In this document: positions 1 to 12,480 of the stretch, piece after piece | How positions within the stretch are numbered: position 1 is the stretch's first letter | Layout of the letters: each line of letters begins with the position of its first letter | Source of the DNA: Chiloscyllium plagiosum | Lineage: Eukaryota | Reading direction: 5' to 3' | Assembly (NCBI RefSeq): GCF_004010195.1 | Contig: NC_057720.1 | Coordinates: 6,033,273 to 6,097,272, forward strand | DNA length: 64,000 nt | The notes under the pieces: generated by a model | What the model was told of the DNA's origin: nothing | Database searches by the model: none | Seen by the model: only the letters and a program-made list of their open reading frames with translations | Made by a program: the position numbers and the translations under genes

Positions 1-129
1 TGTTTTAAGCCTGCCACATCTTACTGCCCACAAGGGAAAACATCTGTGCCAATTTGTCAATCCCCTCTAACATCTTATAGACATCAATTAGATTTCCTCC
101 TGTCCATTTAAACTCTAGAAAGTATAGGC

Positions 130-346
130 AGAAGTGGGTACTGTAGATGCTGGAGATCAGAGTCAAGATCAGAATGGTGCTGGAAAAGCACAGCAGGTCA
201 AGCAGCATCTGAGAAGCAGGAAAATCGACATTTTGGGCAAAAGCCCTTCATCAGGAAAAAGGGCTTTTGCCAGAAACATTGATTTTTCCTGGTCCTCGGA
301 TGCTGCCTGACTTGCTGTGCTTTACCAGCACCACTCTAATCCAGAC
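130..346. mobile_element. Fold-back Penelope-terminus mini-element (family A) inserted in a CR1 fragment
   Basis: Inverted arms (GCTGGAAAAGCACAGCAGGTCA / CTGACTTGCTGTGCTTTACCAGC). TSD AGTATAGGC at 121-129 and 347-355. Same sequence forms the 3' terminus of the Penelope at 36333-37768. Confidence 0.85.
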
Positions 347-1329
347 AGTATAGGCCTAAACTGCTCAAACTCTCCTCATAAGATAGACTTTTGATCTTTT
401 TGGGTGTACCTACACCACAGGAACTGCAGTGTTTCAAGAAGGCAGCTCACCACCACCTTGACAAGGGGTAATTAGGGATAGGCACTGAATGCTGGCTCAG
501 CCAACGATATTTCATGAATGAATTTAAAAGATAATGGTGCCTGGTGGGTAGGCCACTCCTGGACCTTCTCACCAGGGTGTTAATTAGGGTAGAGACTGGA
601 AAGTGGTGGAGGTCTCACTCACCACTCTCCCCAGCACCTTTGGGGGTAGGGAATATTTGTATCGTTAGGTTTTGCAAAGTAAAGTCCACTGCAATCAAAT
701 CCTACCCTGTCCGCAATTACACTCCAGACAATGCCACTGGACTGTGATCAGGGAGAGAATCCTGCACGGAGTTACTTTCCCTTCATCAGTTGGAGGAACA
801 GCAAGGCCAAAGATCTCAGTCTTTACCGTTACCCAAACCGATATCAGATCACTCAAAACAGAAAGAGATCAGAGAACCATTGACTAATACAACATGGTGC
901 AGGCCATTCAGCCCATTGACAGGCTCTTTTGAAGAGAGGGCAGTTAGGACAATATACCATTCATTTGCTGTAGCTCTGCAACCTTTTCTCCTTAATGTAT
1001 TTACCCAATTGCTTTTTTTAAATCTGCAGCTCTCATACAATTGGGTAGCACATTTCAAATACTAAGCATTTTTTGGAAAGAAAAGGTTTTTTTAAATTTT
1101 TTTTGGCCAATCACATTAGGTATATGGTTCTGGCTATCTAACCTTCAACCAATAGCAACTGTATCAATACCAATGCCATTGTGTTTTTATAAATATCAAT
1201 AGCAGAAACTGTAAGCACTTTACCATGCCTTAATTAAACTTGGTGGAATAGACAGAAGAGATCCAAGCACCAGAACCTATGGACTGAGCTGTTTCAGAGA
1301 TAAACAAAGAGAATTCAATGCAGAATGTT

Positions 1330-1640
1330 AAACAGAGAAAGAATGAGAAATAGGAGCAGAGAAAGAGTGGCAGAGAGAAAGAGACAGAGTGTGAGAGAAA
1401 CCATTCATGAGAAAAACACAGAACAGCAAAGAAAGTGCAGCAGGGAAAGAGAGAAATGTAGGCAACGAAAGAGAGAAAGATCGAGAGTGTAATGGTGAGA
1501 CAAGAGCAGAGAATGACTGGCAGCAGAAGGGAAAAGAGGGAAAGATATACAGTAAGGAGGACAGAAACAGTGACAGAGAGAGTGAAAGAATGAGAGAGAG
1601 AGAGAGACAGCGAAAGAAAGAGAGAGAGAGAAACAGAGAG
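1330..1640. repeat. GA/AG-rich low-complexity tract
   Basis: Degenerate (GA)n and GAGAAA runs; explains the spurious ORFs 1328-1729 and 1407-1715. Confidence 0.85.
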
Positions 1641-3447
1641 GTAGAACTAGAATTCCAGCTGTGTAATGAACTGACCGGGAGATGGAAAAATCTCAGCTTT
1701 CCCACTGCTCCCTGACAGAAGACTGACATTCTCTAGCAGTGAGAAAATGAGCTCAGGTTTGTTCCACAGGAAAACAAATTTATTTTATGAAAGCAGAGCA
1801 GTAAGTGCACTCACGAAGCCTCACGATTTCCCCCGCTCAACAACACTCATATTCTTTATGTAACGTGAGAGCAGTTCATGAACAATCTGTCATTTTGTTT
1901 GCAATTTCTGAAACCCTGGTAATCTCATTTTACCCACTCAGCCCCCAATAGGTAAGTGCTTTATAATATATTTTCAGGTAATTGCAATCTAGTGCCATGA
2001 ATTTGATCCATTTAACTCTGCAAACACTCAAAAACAAATTCTAAAAATGTTCATCAAGAAACGGGCAGTTTTATACTTTAACCTTCTCAGCACATAGCCT
2101 GATATGCTGGTGCACAAATGGGGGTTTGAACTACAGAGGACAAAGTTCACAGCCCTTATAACCCACCGGCCATGTGTTTTAAGTTCTCTTCCAGATTATT
2201 AAATCCTGAAATGTACTCCAGATGTCTCTGTGGTGGAATTTGTACAGTCATTAGCAATTTGATTGAGAATCGATAAGGAAAGAACTTTACTTTCAAAGAG
2301 GCATTGAATCTTACTGCACAGAAGGATGTCATTTGGATATTTCAGTCCTCGCTTTTGGGAAGGAATTATGCAATTATTCTCATTATAAGAAATGGCTGTC
2401 CAGTAACCTGATAAAATCTTGTTCGAAATCAAACCTTATGCAAGTTCTCTTTCTCTCTCGCTCATTAAGGAGCTTCCTGAAGTAAGTGGCTAGGCTGACA
2501 AACACAGGACAGTGTAGACCTGTTATCCCTAATGATATGCCTCTAGTTTAGACTCTGATACAAGACATTCCTAAAACCTGACATCTTGTGACCCAACTGT
2601 CTAGAGTATAAATTAAGCAGGCAGTTTTAGTCAGCAATAATCCATGAGGCGATTTCATGGATTTTGACAAACATAGAAGGAAGTTACTTTGAATACAGAT
2701 TGTTCTGGTATAAAACTCGTCAACGCAAATTGGCTATTACGTGACTGACGATTTGTGGATGCTGTTTGGATCATGCAAACTTTCTACTGAACATATCTAT
2801 CAATTTTTTTATAATGATCTTCTACAGCGTGATTTTCTAAAGCAACTGTCGTGTTATACCAGTGTATTCTGTATCTGCCTTGCACGACTGAACAAATGAA
2901 TGCATGATTGATGTAAGGTGTCTAAGAAATAAAACATATAAACAACCTCTCAAGCGAGGAAAGATAAGCTCAGACAGGAGAGAGGTCCTCAAGGTGCATC
3001 TGTGCTAACTGGTTTGATTCAGTTAGCTCAAGCAGACTTCGGGCAGAGGACAGCTCTTGGAGGTGATCAGTAGCGGCTTCAGTTTAACATCCTGCCTTGC
3101 TCAATGTGAATGACAAAAAAAGCGATTGCCGCTTCTAAATACAGAGGGCAACCTTGTCCAAATGTCTGTCTGATTTGGGACAAATAAAACACAATATGAA
3201 GAGATTGCAGTCAGCAAAAGTGGAAGTTAGCAACGTTTCCATCCCTCATCTGGGACCCAGTGAATCTCTCGGTATGTCTTCCCTTTCTATTGAACTCCTT
3301 TAACCTGTCCCTTCTTCATAAACTCTCTTAAAATTACCAAAGACTTGATGCCCTTTTTTGGATAATCCGAGGGTCCCTGAACCAACTTTCCAGCATCCTT
3401 TGATTTACAGCATTCACAGTCCTGAAAAAACTTTGACCTTTTTTATA

Positions 3448-3645
3448 ATGTGGTGGAGCTGATGTTGGACTGGGGTGGACAAAGTTAAAAATCACACAAC
3501 ACCGGGTTATAGCCAACAGGTTTATTTGGAACTATAAGCTTTCAGAGCGCCGCTCCTTCATCACCTGGTGAAGGAGCAGGGCTCTGAAAGCTTATAGTTC
3601 CAAATAAACCTGTTGGACTATAACCTGGTGTTGTGTGATTTTTAA
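3448..3645. mobile_element. Fold-back mini-element (family B) with a hammerhead-like centre
   Basis: Near-perfect palindrome AAAAATCACACAACACC...CCTTCATCA/CCTGGTGAAGG...GGTGTTGTGTGATTTTT. Possible degenerate TSD CCTTTT(C)TTATA. Confidence 0.85.
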
Positions 3646-3939
3646 CCTTTTCTTATATGAAGCACTTTGGGACATTACTATTGGGTTAAGTTGCTATTGT
3701 CTGTGATCAAAGGTTCAGACCTTGGAAGCCTGGGAGGCCTGTTTAGATTAGGACCCTAGCAAGTGTCCTTGCTTTGATTTGATTTGATTTATTTATTGTC
3801 ACATGTATTTTGTTACAAAATACAGCGAAAAGTGTCATACTGTGTCGCTACTCTCTGCATCAGTTTAAAACACAAAAAAACACAAAACATAGAATATAAG
3901 GCAGAAAAATAAAGAAAACTTGTTCAACTTTACACTCCT

Positions 3940-4140
3940 GAAAAATGTGTTGCTGGAAAAGCGCAGCAGGTCAGGCAGCTTCCAAGGAACAGGAGAATCA
4001 ACGTTTCAGACATGAGCCCTTCTTCAGGAATGCCCGAAACGTCGATTCTCCTGCTCCTTGGATGCTGCCTGACCTGCTGCGCTTTTCCAGCAACACATTT
4101 TTCAGCTCTGATCTCCAGCATCTGCAGTCCTCATTTTCTC
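3940..4140. mobile_element. Fold-back Penelope mini-element (family A)
   Basis: Inverted arms. 15-bp TSD CAAC(T/A)TTACACTCCT at 3925-3939 and 4141-4155. Hammerhead motif on the minus strand at 3998-4029. Confidence 0.88.
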
Positions 4141-4214
4141 CAACATTACACTCCTTCTTGTTTAGTGTAGTCCCCTTTGCAACACCACTGCAATCTCACC
4201 TCCACCAATACCCT

Positions 4215-4545
4215 CACCACATTGAATCCCTACACTACAGAAACAGGCCATTCGGCCCAACAAGTTCACACCAACCCTCCAAAGGGCATCTCACACAGAC
4301 CCATCCCTTGCCTGTAACCCTGCACTCCCCATGGTTAACCCACATATCCCTGGACACTAATGGTCAATTTAACATAGCCAATCCACCCATCTTTGGACTG
4401 CAGGAGGAAACTGGAGTACACAGAGGAAGCCCACGCAGATGGGGGAGAATGTACAAACTCCACAGAGACAGCTGCCAGAGGGTTGAATCGAACCCAGCTC
4501 CCTGATGGTGTGAGGCAGCGATGCTAACCACTGAACCACCAGTCC
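4215..4545 (-). mobile_element. HE1-like V-SINE
   Basis: tRNA-like head (minus strand GGTTCAGTGGTTAGC, GGTTCGATTC), V-domain and CR1-type tail. Confidence 0.85.
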
Positions 4546-5601
4546 TTGCCGGACTCCCCCACTGCAGATGCCACTGATGTTGTCGGGTACCGAACTGGCC
4601 CGAACTTAATTCTGTCACTGCCAATGTCGCTGGGTCTCATACCAGGCCCTAACCCACCTCTGTCCCCACCTCTGTGCTGGAATCAGATGTGGCCAGGAAC
4701 CTAAACCCGACTGTGCAGCATCAGCAGTGATCAGTCAGCGCTAGGGCCGCCTCGTCAATGCAGAAACCGCTGGGAACCCAGACCCACCTCCGATACTGCC
4801 ACCATGATTCCCACACTGGGCCCACTCGAGTCCACGCTGGGCTCACCCACCACTGCCAGTACCATTGGCGCAACTGAGCTCATCACCAAGAGGTAGGTAA
4901 AATAAAAGAGGAAAGAAAACACAAGTAAAGAGAGAGAAAAAAAGAAACAGAAAGAAAATTGGACTGAGTGGACGAGCCTGGACTCAGAGGCCCCACTCTA
5001 CCACCATCTTACCGGAATTTGAGGTAGATTTTGACATTTGGTGGGGTGAGTGCCTGGGCAGAGAAAGAATCATGAAGGGGGGAGGGGGGAAGTGGAAGGA
5101 GAAACCAGTTGCAAGCCATTCTGAGAGCAAGGAGGAGGGTTGATAGTACAGGGGCAAGAGCATCGAGAATCCAAAGTCAGTGATTGAATAATGAGGATTG
5201 CAGGATATATTTTCGAATGACTAGGAAATTAGCTCAGGGGTTGAAAAGAAAACTGTTGCTTGTTAGAGAGGTTAGGTTAGGCTAAGAAAGGTGGGGGAGG
5301 AGGTAAGGCTAAAGGGGCAAGATAAGCATTGCTTCAGGATTCAATTCAGATCATTGCTGTTTCAAATTGTCAGTAATGGCTTCAGTTCGCCAAACTGAGG
5401 GAGAATCAGCCATTTTTGCAGATAGTATCAAAGCTCAGGTCTTATACTTTGAGGTTTGATAGGCCCTATAAGTTTGGATTTTCTACAGATTGGTTGAGTA
5501 GACAAACTCCCCTTGACTTTAGACTTCAAAGTAATGTTATTATATGCTAAAAATAAATGTAGTTCCGGGTCAAGGAAGCTGGGTTTAATTTCATTTCTTT
5601 A

Positions 5602-5928
5602 GGGCAGCATTGTGGTTCAGTGGTTAGCACTGCTGCTTCACAGTATCGCAGACCAGAGTTTAATTCCAGCCACAGTGACTGTCTGTGTGGAGTTTGCACA
5701 CTCTCCCTGTTTCTGTCTGAGTTTCCTCTCACAGTCGAAAGCTGTGCAGGTCAGGTGGATTGGCCCTTGGAAGTTACCCCAGGGGGGTTGCAGATTACAT
5801 GGGTTAGCCATGGGAAATGAGGGATTACAGGGATAAGTTGGGGATCTGGATGGGATGCTCTTTGAAGGACCAATTCCAACTTAATGGGCTGAATGGCTTC
5901 TTTCCACACTGTAGGGAGTCTATGACTA
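5602..5928 (+). mobile_element. HE1-like V-SINE
   Basis: GGGCAGCATTGTGGTTCAGTGGTTAGCAC head, TGTGTGGAGTTTGCAC V-domain, CCACACTGTAGGGAGTCTATGA tail. Confidence 0.85.
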
Positions 5929-6619
5929 TAAATACTGCTGTGTGTAGTAATAAAGAGATAGGTCTGGATCTAACTTCTTTCAACTCTAGGTACAGCATAA
6001 TCTTTCTTTGCATGTACATTTTCACATGCTCTCAAAACTCTCTAATTCTTGACCAACTGAACTCCACCCAATCTGTGTTATCTATGCTCAGTGACATGCA
6101 CTCTTCTGCGATGTCGTTACAAAGTTGCTCAAGGGTCCCAATGCCTTCACACAGCAAGAAGCAATAGAGGAATCCAAAGGACCAGCACCCATGGCACAGA
6201 ATGAGTACCACAGAAGAAAGGAACACTAGGACTAGCTGATAACTACGGGCACAGTTGTACGAATGAATTAAAATAAAGGCTGGTAATATATTGATGCAGA
6301 AGAATATGAAGAATTTCACATAGGAAAGTCAAAATGGGCAATGACTACTTCAAAGGAGTTTAGATGGAAGCCTAAACAATTTTACAGTCCAGACAGACCA
6401 GGGGCTATGCATCAGAAAGTGGGTTCTAATTCAAAACCGTTTCTCGTGAAAACAATCATCTTATTAAACTTAACATTTAGTGAAATTTCTTCCTCTCCAA
6501 AAAAAACCTTTCTCCAACTCTCTCTGCCCTTTCAGCTCTCCTTCAAATGCACCTTAAACCAGTGTCAGCCACTCTTGCCCCGGAGTCACAAAGCTCCATT
6601 CTTGAAGACAGGCTCCCAA

Positions 6620-6945
6620 CGAGGGGAGCACTGTACTGGCAGAGGTGACCTTTCCTGGATCAGAGATCAAACTGAAACTATGCCAATGGATGTAATAGAT
6701 CCCACAGCACTGCTTTAAAGAAAAGTAGGGCAATTCTTCTTAGCAATATCTATCTCTCAATGAAAATTACTTAGAAACTGATCCGAGTCATTCTCTCATT
6801 TGTGAGATCTTGCTGTGCGTGCATTGGTGACCGCACTTCCTGCTTTGCATCAGGTGGACCCCAAAAATTAACCCAGACTGGCTGTCAATGGTTTTGAGTC
6901 ATTTCAAGGTTGTGCAAGGAGCTATGTAGATACAAGTCTTTCTTT
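6620..6945 (+). mobile_element. Old DeuSINE (SacSINE1-like)
   Basis: GATGTAATAGATCCCACAGCACT...TGTGAGATCTTGCTGTGCG...GCTATGTAGATACAAGTCTTTCTTT resembles the Deu-domain and L2-type tail as I recall them; strongly diverged. Confidence 0.6.
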
Positions 6946-7714
6946 CTGAATGGATTTTGATTAGACCTCCTCGTTTTTGGTATCATCAGTTGGTTTGGAG
7001 ACTTTGTCCACATTGCAAGGTGCTATACAGATGCAGTTTTGGAATGATGATTGTTGCTGTTGGAATGCTGTTGGAAATGATGAGTAAGTACAGTGATCTG
7101 GTGATTTAAAATGGACGGAGCAACACTTTTCTCTGACGTGTCTGCGATTTCAACAGCCACACAGTAGCTTTGAGTGTTGGTCACACTTTAACAACATGAG
7201 TAATTGACCTGGGGTCTTTGAGAATTTAAGAGTTGTTTAAAATGCTCAATTATGTTAGGACTAGGCTGGTCTTGATGAGAAGATTGCTCATTCACCACAT
7301 TGTCAAACCTCAAACTTACCTCACTCGGTATTACCAGGAGGTAAAAAGAAACTCAATCTAATATCTAATGCCACAATTTCCTGGACAATTTCTAAACTAT
7401 TAACGGTTTAAATTAACTCTGATGCCAATCAGACTGAGCAGCTTTTAAACTTCCAATAACAACACAGGGTAATTATAATCATAAGCACAGTTTTATCATT
7501 GTTTATCAAAAATGAAGTCTTAAACACAGGGAAAGACTGTGGTTTGTTCCTGTCCTTCCCAGATTGGGAGCAGATTTTGGCAGAAGGAGTGCAGCTGGTG
7601 CTAACTACTGAGGCCGGGGTCAATACCCTAAGTCCGTGAGAGTGATAGGTGAATTCACACCCAACTATCCCCAGAACAAACAGGGAAACTCAATGGTATG
7701 GACGAGCCGAGAAT

Positions 7715-8122
7715 GGTTTAGATTTTAGATTAGATTCCCTACAGTACAGAAGCAGGCCCTTCAGCCCAACAAGTCCACACCAACCCTTCAAAGAGTAACC
7801 CACCCAGACCCCAACCCTATAATTTACCCCTGACCAATGCACTTATCACTTTGAGCAATTTAGCATGGCCAATTCACCTGACCTGCATATCTTTAGATTG
7901 TGGGAGCAGCACCTGGAGGAAACCCACACAGACACAGGGAGAATGTTACTTGACCTGCTATGCTTTTCCACCACCACTCTAGTCTAGACTCTGATCTCCA
8001 GCATCTCTAGCATTTGGCCACAGGGAGAATGTGCAAACTCCACACAGACAGTTGCCTGAGATGGGAATTGAACCTGGGTCCCTGGCGCTGTGGGGCAGCA
8101 GTGCTAACCACTGAGCCACTAT
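7715..8122 (-). mobile_element. HE1-like V-SINE carrying a family A fragment (7947-8018)
   Basis: (AGATT)n tail, V-domain and tRNA head. Insert flanked by 14-bp TSD CACAGGGAGAATGT at 7933-7946 and 8019-8032. Confidence 0.85.
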
Positions 8123-8189
8123 GTCGTTTGTAGGTGGAATCTCTGTGGAGCTGCTCCTCTCATTGTGCCATTTCTCTCATTTCTCTAAA

Positions 8190-8482
8190 TTTATTCACAA
8201 GATGAAGGTGTCGCTGACTGTTAAGTGTCAACCACATTGCAGCGGATCTGGAGTCACATGTAGGCCAGACCAGGTAAGGATGGCAGTTGCCTTCCCTCAA
8301 GGACATTAGTGAATTAGATGGGTAATTGCAATAATCAACAATGATTGTCATTGGATTCTTAATTCCAGATTTTTCAAGTTTAAATCAAATTCCACCATCT
8401 GCCATTGCAGGATTTGAACCCAGGTTCCCAAGACATTTCTGTAGTAATAGTCCAATAGATAATATCATTAGGCCATCGACAT
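8190..8482 (-). mobile_element. tRNA-headed SINE (second family)
   Basis: Minus-strand A-box-like TGGCCTAATGA and B-box GGTTCAAATCC; core CCTTACCTGGTCTGGCCTACATGTGACTCCAGA also seen at ~25050-25140 and ~61420-61630. Confidence 0.8.
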
Positions 8483-8886
8483 CTGCCAGCGTAAGACACG
8501 AGAGATAGCAGCCTCTGATGGGAAGAGTGGCAGGACAGTAAGTGGCAGCTATCTACCCTAGGTGGAGTGGAGGTGTGGGCAATGGAAGTCAGGGTTGGTG
8601 GGGTGGGGTGGAAATGGGCTGCGCAGAGGGAGAGGCTGCAGGCAGGAGGTGGTGGGCTAGGCCGCACAGGGACTGAAAAGAGTCAGGGAGAGATGGAGAT
8701 TGTTGGGGGGGGGGAGATGAGGTGAGGAAAGCTGCAAGTGGTGGGGGGAGAGAAGACGCATGCAGAGGATGAAGAAGTGAGGCTGTAAAATAGAGACAGA
8801 GACTGCCAGAGCCAGGGAGAGGGAGAGACAGAGCAGCAGGGAGGAGGTTATTACGGGTAGAGGGGCAGAGAGAAAGTCTAAAAGCC

Positions 8887-10497
8887 CGTAAGATATAACA
8901 GCAGAATTGGGCCATTCAGCCCATTGAGACTGCTTCGCCATTCGATCATGGCTGATATGTTTCTCAACCCTATTCTCCTGCCTTCTCCCCACAAACCCTG
9001 ATCCCCTTACCAATTAGGAACCTATCTATCTCTCTCTTAAATACACTCAATGACTTGGCCTCCACATCCCTCTGTGGCAATGAATTCCACAGATTAACTG
9101 CTCTCTGGCTCAACTCAGCTAGGCCCCTGTGCGGCCTAGGTCACCACCTCCTCCCTGCAGTCTCTCCCTCTGCACAGCCCCTTTCCACATGATCCTGCCA
9201 ACTCTGACTTTCATTGCCCCACCCCAGGACAGACAGCTGCCACTTACCCTCCTGCCACTCTTCCCATCAGAGACTGCTATCTCTCACGTCTTACGTTGGC
9301 AGACGTTGATGGCCTAATGGTGTTATTTATTGAACTGTTAATGCAGAGACCCATCTGAAGAGTCATCCCTACACTCTGAGTTTGTGCCCTTGTGTCCTAG
9401 ACTCTCCAACTCGTGGAAACATCTTTTTTCCCATCCACTCTATCCAGGTCTCTCAATATTCTGTAAATTTCAATCAGATCCCTCCTCATCCTTCTAAACT
9501 CCACTGAGTACAGACCCAAAGTACTCAACCACTCCTCATATGATAACCTCTTTATCACTGAGATAATCTTTATAAATATCCTCTCAACCCCCTCCAATGC
9601 CAGCACATCCTTGCTTAGATATGGACCCAAAATTACTGATAATATTTCAAATGTGGTCTAACCAGAGCCTTATATAGTCACAGTAGTACATCTCTGATCT
9701 TGCAGCCCTTTGAAAATAATGCTAATGTTACATTTGCCTTCTTAACTGCCAACTGAACCTGCATGTTAACCTGAAGAGAACCCTGAACTAGGATTCCCAA
9801 GTCCATTTGTGCTTTAGATTTCCGAAGCCTTTCCCTATTTAGAAAATAGTCTATGCCTCTATTCTTCCTACCAAAATGCATAACCTCACACTTTCCCACA
9901 TTGTATTCCAACTGCCACTTCTTTTTTCGCTCTCCTAGCCTGTCTAAGTCCTTCCGCAGTCTCCCCACTTCCTCAACACGACCTGTCCCTCCACCTAACT
10001 CTGTGTCATTTGCAAAATTCACAAGAATGCCCTCAGCTCCTTCCTCCAGATTGTTAATATAACAGGAATAGTTGTTTTCCCAACAGGGACTCCTGCGGAA
10101 CTCCATTAGTTACCGGCTGCCATCCCGAAAAAGATCCCTTTATCCCCACTCTCTGCCTTCCGCCAGTCGGCCAATACTCTATCCAAGATGAAAGTGAGGA
10201 CTGCAGAAGCTGAAGATCAGAGTCGAGAGTGTGGCGCTGGGAAAGCACAGTGTGTCAGGCAATATCAAGGAGCAGGAGAGTCGACGTTTTGGGCAAAAGC
10301 CTGATAAAGTGCTTTTGCGTGAAATGTCAATTCTCCTGCTCCTTGGATGCTGCCCAACCTGCTGTGCTTTTCCAGCACCACACTCTCGACTCAATCCTCT
10401 ATCCATGCCAGTACCTTGCCATTAACATCATGGTCTCTTATTTTATTTAGTAGCTTCCTGTGTGGCACCTTCTGGAAATCCAAATAGATCATGTCCA
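8887..10497 (-). mobile_element. CR1 LINE 3' fragment with decayed RT, interrupted at ~9111-9350 and 10186-10391
   Basis: ORF 9678-10106 (FANDTELGG, WQLEYNVGKCEVMHFG) and ORF 9397-9630 are CR1 ORF2 pieces. Confidence 0.9.
10186..10391. mobile_element. Fold-back Penelope mini-element (family A)
   Basis: Inverted arms. 14-bp TSD CAAT(A/C)CTCTATCCA at 10172-10185 and 10392-10405. Confidence 0.88.
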
Positions 10498-10784
10498 CGA
10501 ACCACAAGGGAGAGAGGGAGAGAGTAAGGTTCCAAGTGTGTGAAATGGAGAGATAATGAGCTGGCAATGGGGCGTGCGGGAGAGAAATAGCCAGTCGATG
10601 TCATGGAGGCTGCAAGGGGCAGGGGTGGGAGGAAGGGAGGCTACAAATGTTGAGCTACAAAAGTTGGCCGACACGGCATCAGACCTTCTACTGAGACCAG
10701 ATTCCCGATTTCATCCGTGCTGTGTGTCTCACTATGCCACATGGGAGCTGAAGCAAACAGGTTGGTATAGGACGAGAATTTAAG

Positions 10785-11020
10785 GTGTGTCAGAGACGAA
10801 AATAACTGCAGATGCTCGAAACCAAAGTAGACAAACAAGGGGGGGGTAGGAAGGGAGGGCACATTGGGTGGGTAGCGCTCCGCTACCTATCACTACCTCA
10901 CCATTCCGCTCCTCTCTCCCCCTCCCCCCCTCCATTGATCTGTAGCTCTCCCTAGTCCTGAGAACAGTTAATACCTGAAATGTTGACCTGTCCACCTCCT
11001 GATGCTGCCTAGCTTGCTCT
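10785..11020. mobile_element. Degenerate fold-back Penelope mini-element (family C)
   Basis: ACTGCAGATGCTCGAAACCAAAGTAGAC and CTCCTGATGCTGCCTAGCTTGCT match the terminus at 32940-33072 in opposite orientations. Confidence 0.65.
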
Positions 11021-11139
11021 CTCGCCGATGTAAAGCAGGTCAGGACAACAGGGGTGTGGGGGGAGGATGTGTGTTAGTGCAGAGATTGCTGGAGGAGAGG
11101 GTGAGTGAATGTGTCTAGACTTCCATGTTGTAGCTAGGT

Positions 11140-11710
11140 CTCAGCTCGAGTATCGTCTACTGCTGTGAGTGCTACACTGTAGGAAAGATGTGAACACAGT
11201 GGACAGAGTACAAAACTGATTTACAAAAGTGGTGCCAGGAATGAGAACCTTTAGTTATGAGGATAGATTAAGGAAATTTGGACTGTTTTTCCTGGAGACA
11301 AGAAGACTGAAAGGACATTTGATGGAGGTTTTGAAATAATGAGCAGGGCTGGATAGACTGGATAGGGAGTTGCTGCTCCTGCTTGTATAGTGAACAAGAA
11401 AGAGAGGATTCCAAATTTAAAGTGATTCGAAAAAGAAACAAAAGTAATGTGAGCCAAAATCTTTTCCACCCAGAAAGTACTTAGGGTGTGGAAGGCACTG
11501 CCTGGAAATGTGGTGGAGGCAGGTTCAATTGAGATACTCGAGGTAGACATTGGACGGTTATTTGAATAGAAATTGTGTGTGGGGATATGGGGAAAAGGCA
11601 GGAGATTGGCATTGGGTAATAGCACCAAACTACACAATAGAGTCAGTACAGGGCTGTTGGATCGAATGGCTTCTTCTGTGCTGAAACAATGCTGTGAGGT
11701 CTATGATTGG
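11140..11710 (+). mobile_element. Old CR1 LINE 3' end
   Basis: Decayed ORF2 C-terminus (TTAGTTATGAGGATAGATT, GGAAGGCACTGCCTGG) and 3' UTR. Confidence 0.75.
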
Positions 11711-11754
11711 AGGAATATAGGGCAGGTCAGAATTAACCACATTGGTGTGGATTA

Positions 11755-12480
11755 TCTTTTATTCACTCATGGGATGTGCGTGTCACTGTCTGGGCCAGCA
11801 TCTGTTACCTGTCCCTAGTTTCCTGTGAGAAGGTGGTGGAGAGCTGCTTTCTTGAACTGTAACAGTTCATGTAGGTAGACCCACAATGCCCTTAGGGAGG
11901 CAGTTCCAGGAGTTTGACCCAGCAACATGGCGATATATTTCCAAGTCAGGATGGTGAGTGGCTTGGAGGAAACCTTGCAGCTTAATGTGTGCCCGTGTGT
12001 CTGCTGCTCTTACCCAACTAGATGGTAGTGATTTTAGGGTTGGAGGTTCTTTGGTGGAGAGACTTCAGTGGATTTCTGCACAATACCTTCTAACTACTGC
12101 TACCATGAGTCACTGGTAAAGTGACTGAAAGTTTGTGGGTGTGGTGCCAATCAAGCGGGCTGCTTTGTCCTGGATGGTGTCAAGCTTCTTGAGTGTTGTT
12201 GGAGCTGCCCCCATCCAGGCAAGTGGGGAGTATTCCATCACATTCCTGACTTGTGTCACATATTTGGAATCAGACCACGTAAGGGTGGCAAGTTTCCTTC
12301 CTGAAAGGGCACTAATGAACCAGATGAGTTTTTATGACAATTGCTGCTGGTTGTTATTAGCAGCCTTTTATTGAATTCAGAATTTCACCTTTTGCCAGGA
12401 ATCAAACCTACATCCACAGATCATTATTCTGGGTTTATGGGTTATAGTGGCATGATCACTACATCACCACCTCTTGGTTC
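11755..12480 (-). mobile_element. 3' part of a CR1-group (L2/Zenon-like) LINE followed by a SINE-like head
   Basis: Reverse complement of the 22600-23165 element (GGGGAGTATTCCATCACA, GATATATTTCCAAGTCAGGATGGTGAG). Confidence 0.75.

Larger units (their letters stand above)
3772..5020 (-). mobile_element. Non-coding retroposon with a Rex1/Babar-type 3' tail, interrupted by two younger insertions
   Basis: Tail TTTGATTTGATTTGATTTATTTATTGTCACATGTA...ACAGCGAAAAG matches the tails at ~55300-55340 and ~60435-60490. Other end CTACCACCATCTT after an A-rich block resembles 33980-34125. Confidence 0.55.

Noticed and set aside
1328..1729. Charged and Ser/Leu-rich ORFs
   Set aside because: Translation of a GA-rich low-complexity tract.
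7091..7130. TGGACGGAG resembling the miR-184 5' end
   Set aside because: The match stops after 9 nt and I see no precursor hairpin.
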